NCBI GenBank assembly: GCA_003166855.1
Contig: PMUM01000330.1
Location: forward strand, 541-64,540
Length of the DNA: 64,000 bases
Direction: 5' to 3'
DNA from: Acidobacteriaceae bacterium
GTDB lineage: Bacteria; Acidobacteriota; Terriglobia; Terriglobales; Acidobacteriaceae
Both the position numbers and the translations under genes were made by a program. This document shows, piece by piece, positions 57,861 to 64,000 of this stretch; position 1 is the first letter of the stretch; each line of letters starts with the position of its first letter. The notes beneath the pieces were generated by a model. That model was not told where the DNA came from. It saw only the letters and a program-made list of their open reading frames with translations, and did not search any database.

Positions 57861-57974
57861 GTTTCAAGGTTTCAGAGTTTCAAGGTTTCAAGGTGCTGAG
57901 GCTGCGAGTAGATTCTCAAAGTCGCGGCGGCAGTTGGTTCCTTGCAACTTTGAAACCTTGAAACTTTGAAACTG
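57861..57974. repeat. tandem octamer GTTTCAAG x4 and its complement (C/T)TTGAAAC x3 forming a long inverted repeat between mreB and mreC
   Basis: The left arm 57861-57893 starts on the base after the mreB stop. The right arm 57947-57974 ends 7 nt before the mreC ATG. Confidence 0.75.
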
Positions 57975-57981
57975 TTTTCTT

Positions 57982-59250
57982 ATGGAATCCGTACTCGGCC
58001 GCTACCGCAACCTGGTCATTCTTGTAGGAGTGTTGTTTCTGCAAGTGCTCGGGCTGGCCATGCAGGTGAAACGCAGCGGCGGCAACGATGTCGAGGACAC
58101 ACGCCTGATCCGCATCTGGGGCGTCGGCGCCATCACTCCTTTCGAGCGCATTCTAGTCTGGGCCCAAAACAGCACGGGCAATGTCTGGCACAACTACTTC
58201 TACCTCCGCGGCGTGCGTGCCGAGAACCGCCAATTGAAAGAGCAGATCGAGCAAATGCGGCTCGAGCAGGTGCGCCTCAGCGAAGACGCTGCCCAGGCGC
58301 GGCGTCTGCAAACGCTGCTGGCCTTCAAGGAACAATTCATCTCCCGGACCGTGGCTGCACAAGTGATTGGATCCAGCGGCAGCGATCTTTCTCGCATCAT
58401 CTATATCGATAAGGGGGAGAACGCCGGCATCAAGCGCGATATGGCCGTCATGACGTCCGACGGAATCGTTGGCAAGGTCCTCGTCGTCTTTCCGTCGGTC
58501 TCGCAGGTGCTGTTGATCAGTGATCAGAGCAGCGGCGTCGGCGCCATCCTCGAGAAGACCCGCCTGCAGGGAGTCCTGCGCGGTACTGCCAATGGCGAGG
58601 TCGTGCTCGAACGGGTGATGAGCGATGAGCAAGTTCCGGTGGGTGAAACCGTGCTGACCAGCGGCGGCGACCAGATTTTCCCCAAGGGCCTGCCGGTCGG
58701 TACGGTCACGAAGGTCGGAAACGGCAAGGATTTGTTTCTGAATATCAAAATCAAGCCTGCCGCCAACCTGAGCAAACTGGAAGAAGTGCTGGTGCTGGTC
58801 GAGAAGCAGGAACGGCAGGCCATTGCGGAAGACAGCGTGCGCGTCCGCGCCGCCGACATTCTGGCACAACGGCTGCCCTCCGTGCCCGATAAGCCGGCCA
58901 CGGATGCGAACCCGGCTGCGGGAACTGTAGAAGGGTCCGCCAAACCTGCAGTCGCAAAGACCACGGCGAAACCCACGGGCACAGCCGCGACCACAACGCC
59001 TTCTGCCAAGAATCCATCCGGGCTGAGCATTGCTCCCGGCGCGTCCGGAGTGAGCCCAGCAGGGAAGCCCGCCGGGACCTCCGTCGTGAAGAAAAGCGTG
59101 ACCGCCCCGGCCAATCCGCCGACTGGACCAAAGCCGGCCGCAACTCAGACCGCACCCGCAAACGACCAGGCGAAACCGGCTGATCCAATCGCACCCACCG
59201 CGCCGCAGCCTAATCCGCAGCCCCCGCCCAACGAGAGCAGCCCACAATAG
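57982..59250 (+). CDS. mreC: rod shape-determining protein MreC with long Pro/Ala/Thr-rich C-terminal extension
   Basis: N-terminal TM, coiled coil (ENRQLKEQIEQMRLEQVRL) and the MreC beta-domain (GIVGKV..., PKGLPVGTV). The last ~135 aa are low complexity. Confidence 0.9.
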   Translation: MESVLGRYRNLVILVGVLFLQVLGLAMQVKRSGGNDVEDTRLIRIWGVGAITPFERILVWAQNSTGNVWHNYFYLRGVRAENRQLKEQIEQMRLEQVRLSEDAAQARRLQTLLAFKEQFISRTVAAQVIGSSGSDLSRIIYIDKGENAGIKRDMAVMTSDGIVGKVLVVFPSVSQVLLISDQSSGVGAILEKTRLQGVLRGTANGEVVLERVMSDEQVPVGETVLTSGGDQIFPKGLPVGTVTKVGNGKDLFLNIKIKPAANLSKLEEVLVLVEKQERQAIAEDSVRVRAADILAQRLPSVPDKPATDANPAAGTVEGSAKPAVAKTTAKPTGTAATTTPSAKNPSGLSIAPGASGVSPAGKPAGTSVVKKSVTAPANPPTGPKPAATQTAPANDQAKPADPIAPTAPQPNPQPPPNESSPQ

Positions 59251-59251
59251 C

Positions 59252-59773
59252 GTGCCGATCACCTACACATCCAATGAGCAGGTTGAGGTATACCGGTTCA
59301 GTATCCCGGTAACGATTGGCGTGCCGCTGCTGGCGCTCTTTGTGCAGGCATTTCTGCCGCTTCGGTTCCCGCGCTTTGCGGTCTATTTTGACTTGCCGCT
59401 GCTCGTGACCATCTTCTTTGCCATGGCGCGCCGCAGCCCGGTAGCTGGCCTGTTCACGGGAGCCGTCATTGGCCTGGCGCAGGACATGCTGGGCCACAAT
59501 CCCATCGGAATCTACGGAATCGCTAATACCGTGGTGGGGTATGGAGCTTCGTCGTTGGGTGTGAAACTCGACGTCGAAAACGCCGGGGCCCGCCTGCTGG
59601 TTACGTTGGGTTTTTCTCTGATCCAATCCGCGGTCCATTTCACCGTTGCCCGAGGGATGGTCAACATGAACGTGACGTGGAGTTGGCCTCATGTCATTTT
59701 GGGCGGTCTCGCGAACGCGATCCTGGGAGTCGCACTGTTCTTCCTGCTCGACAAATTTAAGCAGAGAACGTGA
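59252..59773 (+). CDS. mreD: rod shape-determining protein MreD
   Basis: 173-aa hydrophobic protein 1 nt after mreC with a GTG start. Called from position and size. Confidence 0.8.
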   Translation: MPITYTSNEQVEVYRFSIPVTIGVPLLALFVQAFLPLRFPRFAVYFDLPLLVTIFFAMARRSPVAGLFTGAVIGLAQDMLGHNPIGIYGIANTVVGYGASSLGVKLDVENAGARLLVTLGFSLIQSAVHFTVARGMVNMNVTWSWPHVILGGLANAILGVALFFLLDKFKQRT

Positions 59774-59777
59774 ACAA

Positions 59778-59978
59778 CAGTTCTCAGTTCCCAGTTCTCA
59801 GTCCTCAGAAAGCAGGGGTGACTTACGTTACTACCCGGCCGAGATCGAATCGTCTGTCTGGATTAGAATCGAATTACAGCAGTGCACCGCAGTTTTCCAG
59901 TCTCGGTGAGCCGCAGGATGCAACCAACCGGAACTGAGAAGCGAGAACTGAGAATCGAGAACTGAGAAGCGAGAACTG
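59778..59978. repeat. tandem heptamer AGTTCTC x4 and complementary GAGAACT/GAGAAKC x7 arms between mreD and mrdA
   Basis: The left arm 59778-59808 starts 4 nt after the mreD stop. The right arm 59931-59978 abuts the mrdA ATG. Confidence 0.75.
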
Positions 59979-61946
59979 ATGTTCGGCCGCGACGAGAAAG
60001 TTTCCGAAGTCCGCCTCACGGCGGCGCAATACATCATCCTTGGCATCTTCCTGATCCTCGCCTACGGACTGTGGAAGCTGCAGGTGATGGAAAGTGGCTA
60101 TTACGCCTCGGCCGCCGAGAAGAATCGCATTCGCAACGTTCCGGTGCTCGCGCCGCGCGGCAAGATTCTCGACCGCGAAGGCCGCACCATCGTCGACAAT
60201 TACCCGTCGTTCTCTGCGCTGCTGCTGCGTGACTCTACTCGCGACCTGATCGGCGATGCGGACCTGATAGCCCAGGGTTTGCATCTTGATCCGAACGAGG
60301 TGCGGGCCCGCATCCGCCACTTCGCGGCGTTGCCGCAGTACCAGCCGATCTTCCTGAAAGAAGACATCACTCCCGACGAGTTGCAGTTCATCGAAGCGCA
60401 TCGCAACGAGTTGCCCGAACTCGACACGATCATGGCGCACCGTCGCCTGTATCCGCGCAACGGATTCATGGCGCACCTGATCGGCTATGTTGGCGAGGTC
60501 AGCGAAGACATGCTGAACCAGCCCCAGTTTGAGCTTTACAACGCCGGCGACGTCGTCGGCATTTCCGGCGTCGAGCGCCAGTACAACACGCTGCTGATGG
60601 GACAGAATGGATCTCGCCAGGCCCTGGTCGATAGCCACGGCCGCGAAGTCGGGCGCCTCGGTGAAACCGAAGCGATACCCGGCAAGCAACTCAAGCTGAC
60701 GGTCGACATCGATTTGCAAATTGCCGCCGAAGAGGCTCTGGCGGGTAAGAACGGAGCCATCGTTGCTATGGACCCGCACACGGGCGAGATTCTTGCGATG
60801 GTGAGCGGGCCATCCTTTGATCCCAACGATTTTGCCGTACACGTGTCGCGCGATCAGTGGAACAAGCTGGTCACCGACCCCGACAAGCCTCTCATGAACA
60901 AAGCAATTCAGGCGCAACTTGCGCCCGGCTCGACCTTCAAGATCATCATGTCGGTTGCTGGCTGGCAGGAAGGGATTGCGCAAGATCTTCACGTGAACTG
61001 CACTGGAGGTGCCGAGTTCTACGGCCGGCGGTTCGGTTGTTGGGTGAAAGGCGGCCACGGACCGGTAACGCTGGAGAAAGCGATCTACCAGTCCTGTGAC
61101 GTTTTCTTCTACACGCTCGCGGAAAAGCTGGGCATCGACCGCATTGCGAAGTACGCGACTGAGTTGGGTCTGGGCCAGAAGACCGGGATCGATCTTCCCA
61201 ATGAAGTGAGCGGAGTCATGCCTTCGGAGGAATGGAAGATCAAGAATTTTAAGCAGAAGTGGTTCGCGGGCGAAACGATCTCTGTCGGCATCGGTCAGGG
61301 CGCAGTTGCAATCACCCCCGTGCAGTTGCTCCGCGCCGTCAGCGCAATCTCCATGGGCGGCCGCATGGTTGTGCCCCACGTTATCAATCCAACGGATGTG
61401 CCGCCGGGCTACGTCGAAGCTGCTCGCTATACGGAGGTGAAGAACGTCCCGATTGACCCGAATGGGTGGACCTTCATCACCGATGCCATGTCGCGCGTTC
61501 TTCTGCCGGAAGGGACGGCTCAGTCCGCCCACATTCCTGGGATCGACATCGCAGGCAAGACGGGTTCGGCGCAAGTTGTCTCCCTGACGACTCGTGCCAA
61601 GTTCAAGAACAGCGAAGATCTGGCGCAGAACGGATGGTTCGTGGGATTCACGCCACGCCGCAATCCCGACATCGTGGTGTGTGTTCTGTTCCAAGGCGGC
61701 GAGCACGGCAAGTTGGCAGCCCGCCTGGCGACTCAGGTAATCAAAGCGTTCGTCGACAAACAACACCGGACCCCGCAGAAGATGGTGGAGAAGCCAAAGA
61801 GCAACAGTACGGTGGATATCGGCGGCCTCTGGACCGAACCCGAGTCCGACGGAGACAAAGAAAAGCTGCAGGGCGGACGCTTCGTGCTCGCTCTCCCCAG
61901 GAAGCCGCTGGCAGTAGCCGTCGCAGCCCCAGGAATGCATCAGTGA
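59979..61946 (+). CDS. mrdA: penicillin-binding protein 2 (elongasome transpeptidase)
   Basis: N-terminal TM, PBP dimerisation domain, and the transpeptidase motifs STFK, a SxD variant of SxN (SCD) and KTGS. Confidence 0.9.
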   Translation: MFGRDEKVSEVRLTAAQYIILGIFLILAYGLWKLQVMESGYYASAAEKNRIRNVPVLAPRGKILDREGRTIVDNYPSFSALLLRDSTRDLIGDADLIAQGLHLDPNEVRARIRHFAALPQYQPIFLKEDITPDELQFIEAHRNELPELDTIMAHRRLYPRNGFMAHLIGYVGEVSEDMLNQPQFELYNAGDVVGISGVERQYNTLLMGQNGSRQALVDSHGREVGRLGETEAIPGKQLKLTVDIDLQIAAEEALAGKNGAIVAMDPHTGEILAMVSGPSFDPNDFAVHVSRDQWNKLVTDPDKPLMNKAIQAQLAPGSTFKIIMSVAGWQEGIAQDLHVNCTGGAEFYGRRFGCWVKGGHGPVTLEKAIYQSCDVFFYTLAEKLGIDRIAKYATELGLGQKTGIDLPNEVSGVMPSEEWKIKNFKQKWFAGETISVGIGQGAVAITPVQLLRAVSAISMGGRMVVPHVINPTDVPPGYVEAARYTEVKNVPIDPNGWTFITDAMSRVLLPEGTAQSAHIPGIDIAGKTGSAQVVSLTTRAKFKNSEDLAQNGWFVGFTPRRNPDIVVCVLFQGGEHGKLAARLATQVIKAFVDKQHRTPQKMVEKPKSNSTVDIGGLWTEPESDGDKEKLQGGRFVLALPRKPLAVAVAAPGMHQ

Positions 61947-61985
61947 ACCAAAAGCGATTCCGAACCGTGGATCCCTCAAGGGAAA

Positions 61986-62025
61986 AGCTAGAAGCTAGGA
62001 GCTAAAAGCTCGAAGCTAGAAGCTG
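61986..62025. repeat. tandem heptamer AGCTAGA x5.5 immediately upstream of rodA
   Basis: AGCTAGA AGCTAGG AGCTAAA AGCTCGA AGCTAGA AGCTG, ending 4 nt (TTTT) before the rodA ATG. Confidence 0.75.
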
Positions 62026-62029
62026 TTTT

Positions 62030-63127
62030 ATGGCACGTTACGTCTCATACCGCGACTTCGACTGGGTCCTCCTGGGCTTCGTGCTCATCATTTGCGGCCT
62101 GGGTGTCATGGAGATTCACAGCGCCACCCAGCACACGAAGTTCGCCGGAGCCCACGTCAAGCAGGTCTATTGGGTTGTGGCCGGCGTCGGCGCAATGTTC
62201 ATCATCAGCTTAGTCAACTATCAGGCGTTGCTCGATCAGATTCACTGGTTCTACATCGCCGGAGTCAGTTCGCTCGTGGCCGTCTTGCTGTTCGGACAGA
62301 AGTATCTGGGAGCGCGACGCTGGATCAAAATGCCCGGTGGCAACCACTTCCAGCCGTCCGAATGGGTGAAGCTCATCCTCATCCTGGCAGTGGCCAAGTA
62401 CTTTGCCGACATGCGCGAACGGGAACTTTCCTGGGCTGATTTTATGAAGGCTGCAGCGATCGTCGGCATCCCCATGCTGATGGTGCTCAAACAGCCAGAC
62501 CTGGGCACTGCTCTTACCTACCTCCCGATTGCGGCCATGGGTGTGTTTCTGGGCGGACTGCAATGGAAGCAGGGGTTAACCGTGGCCCTGCTTGCGACCG
62601 TCGGTTTGGGAGCAGTCTTTTTCATCCCAAGGGTGCACGTCCTGAAGTCGTATCAAAAGCAGCGGTTGACTAGCTTTGTCGACCCTGAACTCGATCCGCA
62701 GGGCTCTGGGTACCAAGTTGAGCAATCCAAGATCGCCGTGGGTTCCGGGGGCCTGTGGGGCGGCAAAGGCTCGCAAACACACGGTGCGTTCCTGCCGGTT
62801 CCGCAAACGGACTTCATTTTTGCCGCTTTTTCAGAAGAACATGGATTCGTAGGCGCTCTCGGCGTTCTGCTGTTATACTTCATTGTGCTCATGCGTTTGA
62901 CCCAGAACGCGCAAACAGCGCCCGACCGCGCTGGCACGTTCGTGGTGATGGGTGTGGTGGCTGTGCTTAGCTTCCATATCCTGGTCAATGTCGGCATGGT
63001 GGTGGGCTTTATGCCGGTCACCGGAATACCCCTGCCGCTGATGAGTTACGGTGGGTCTTCTGTGTTGTTCATGTTCCTGGCGCTGGGGATGGTTATGAAT
63101 GTTCGTATGCGCCGCTTCGTGAACTAA
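62030..63127 (+). CDS. rodA: SEDS-family peptidoglycan polymerase RodA
   Basis: 365-aa polytopic protein with FtsW/RodA motifs (LQPSEWVKL-type, PVTGIPLPLMSYGGSS). Confidence 0.9.
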   Translation: MARYVSYRDFDWVLLGFVLIICGLGVMEIHSATQHTKFAGAHVKQVYWVVAGVGAMFIISLVNYQALLDQIHWFYIAGVSSLVAVLLFGQKYLGARRWIKMPGGNHFQPSEWVKLILILAVAKYFADMRERELSWADFMKAAAIVGIPMLMVLKQPDLGTALTYLPIAAMGVFLGGLQWKQGLTVALLATVGLGAVFFIPRVHVLKSYQKQRLTSFVDPELDPQGSGYQVEQSKIAVGSGGLWGGKGSQTHGAFLPVPQTDFIFAAFSEEHGFVGALGVLLLYFIVLMRLTQNAQTAPDRAGTFVVMGVVAVLSFHILVNVGMVVGFMPVTGIPLPLMSYGGSSVLFMFLALGMVMNVRMRRFVN

Positions 63128-63587
63128 CTGGTGCTTGGTTAGACGAGCCAGTTAGGACGGAACAGATTCAGAAGCAACGGGTTCAGGAACCAGGAAGAAA
63201 CGGCAGGATTAGCAGTTTGTTGCGCTCGCAGGCGCAACCCCAAGAATATCGATCGCCCTCGCGTTAAGGGGGCATTTCACCGGCTAGTCGAGCAGTAGAA
63301 GGCCGGGCAGGATTGAAGTTGAGCAGTCGGGCAGGGAACGGCCCCCCGACCCTAGTTGGGTCTGAGAGTGCGGTCACAAACCCCGGCAGAAGTTAAAGCG
63401 ATAAGTGCAAAAGATTCCCAAGCTTGTGCAGCGGACTCGGCGCAGAGAAGATCTCTGTAGCCCAGTCTGCCCCCAATTCGGGGCAGCATCGCGACGCTCT
63501 TCACTTCATCCTCCCGCACCTCTTCTGACTCCGCCCCGGTGAAGCCCGACCGACCTCGGTAATGAGTCGGCGGGACCGGAGTGTTCG

Positions 63588-64000
63588 ATGAACAAAGAAC
63601 TATTTGTCTCTTCTACCCCCCACGAAACAAAGGTGGGCCTGGTGGAGGACGATCTGCTCGCGGAAGTCTATCTTGAGCGCGAGAACGAGTACACCCTAGC
63701 TGGATCCATCTACAAAGGCCGCGTAACCCGGGTGCTCCCTGGCATGCAGTCGGCCTTCGTCGACATCGGCCTGGAGCGCGATGCCTTCCTCTACGTTTCC
63801 GACTTCATGGAGTTGGAAGAGCACGACGACGATTTGACCGACGTAGTCCCGGCCAACCGCAACGTGCCCGACCTGCGCCAGCAACCCTCTCGGCTCGAAG
63901 CCCCGGTTTCGATGGATGCTCCTCAAGCGGCCGATGGAACAGAAAGCGATTTGCAGGAGGAATCGGGTCAGGAATTTGTTGAGACCGACGTCCAAGGTGA
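63588..64000 (+). CDS. rng: RNase E/G family ribonuclease, 5' part (runs off the right edge)
   Basis: Not in the ORF track because there is no stop in the window. My translation is MNKELFVSSTPHETKVGLVEDDLLAEVYLERENEYTLAGSIYKGRVTRVLPGMQSAFVDIGLERDAFLYVSDF, the S1-domain N-terminus typical of Rne/Rng. Confidence 0.8.
   Translation, partial: MNKELFVSSTPHETKVGLVEDDLLAEVYLERENEYTLAGSIYKGRVTRVLPGMQSAFVDIGLERDAFLYVSDFMELEEHDDDLTDVVPANRNVPDLRQQPSRLEAPVSMDAPQAADGTESDLQEESGQEFVETDVQG

Noticed and set aside
59874-61979. 701-aa ORF antisense to mrdA. Similar long antisense ORFs: 11844..13538, 3849..4748, 39382..40740, 41090..42160, 42466..43971, 43680..45032, 46495..47964, 52020..53462, 55907..56806 and 58153..59262.
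   Set aside because: Each lies opposite a gene with clear family motifs. Their translations are Arg/Gly/Ala/His-rich low-information sequence with no recognisable motif. Long stop-free antisense frames are expected in high-GC DNA with strong GC3 bias.
57861-62025. Possibility that the tandem short repeats are a CRISPR array or coding repeats.
   Set aside because: The units are 7-8 nt with no spacers and no cas genes. They are confined to intergenic spacers, and their periods are not multiples of three.
63355-63400. CTGAGA-containing segment reminiscent of a TPP riboswitch core.
   Set aside because: The remaining conserved blocks (ACCTGATCTGGATAATGCCAGCG type) are absent, and the genomic context (RNase E/G) does not fit.
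1-64000. Search for mobile elements, prophage, toxin-antitoxin or defence-system genes, rRNA/tRNA genes, and abrupt compositional islands.
   Set aside because: I recognised no integrase, transposase, recombinase, nuclease/helicase defence signatures or RNA genes. The cytochrome cluster is only modestly lower in GC by eye and has no flanking direct repeats or tRNA, so I cannot claim horizontal acquisition.

Overview
High-GC bacterial chromosomal window. The acidobacterial-type VWA protein and the GTCATCCTGAGCG-type intergenic repeats suggest Acidobacteriota. I call about 50 CDS. I recognised no rRNA, tRNA, CRISPR array, transposase or integrase.

Gene content, left to right:
- 45-2924 (minus strand): System II cytochrome c maturation genes ccsB/ccsA.
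- 3339-13745: seven co-directional genes, transcribed divergently from ccsBA. They encode a 16-heme cytochrome, an NHL beta-propeller, a low-heme-density tetraheme cytochrome with its own leader and terminator, a parvulin-type prolyl isomerase, a Cys-free 617-aa outer-membrane beta-barrel, a second NHL propeller and a 638-aa cytochrome with at least 10 hemes.
- 14.1-19.4 kb: a Dlt-like carrier-protein-dependent acylation module (SGNH/TPR protein, MBOAT, adenylating enzyme, ACP).
- A VWA operon and a TPR protein.
- An M48-like protein lacking the catalytic Glu, coupled to a heptaheme cytochrome.
- A stand-alone methylmalonyl-CoA-mutase catalytic subunit.
- GT2 and GT-C glycosyltransferases.
- Two tandem TolC paralogs with Gly-rich inserts.
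- Housekeeping and metabolic genes: truA, two aldehyde dehydrogenases, an HMGL-like/panE-like/pnuC/nadR operon, M20 peptidase, amidohydrolase, HtrA, aminotransferase.
- mreB-mreC-mreD-mrdA-rodA, followed by the 5' end of an RNase E/G gene.

The most interesting signal is the 3339-13745 cluster. Its composition resembles the omcS/omcE-associated companion clusters of Geobacter, so I treat it as a candidate extracellular cytochrome-filament or trans-outer-membrane electron-conduit system that is uncharacterised in this phylum.

Non-coding structure is unusually rich:
- two REP-like repeat families;
- tandem heptamer/octamer 'word' repeats forming inverted pairs that abut start codons, in the mre operon and upstream of the HMGL-like gene;
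- a 14-nt periodic direct repeat in front of one tolC paralog;
- TGTGA-N6-TCAC palindromes upstream of two cytochrome operons;
- two sigma54-like -24/-12 elements.

All functional calls come from reading motifs by eye. No database search was run.
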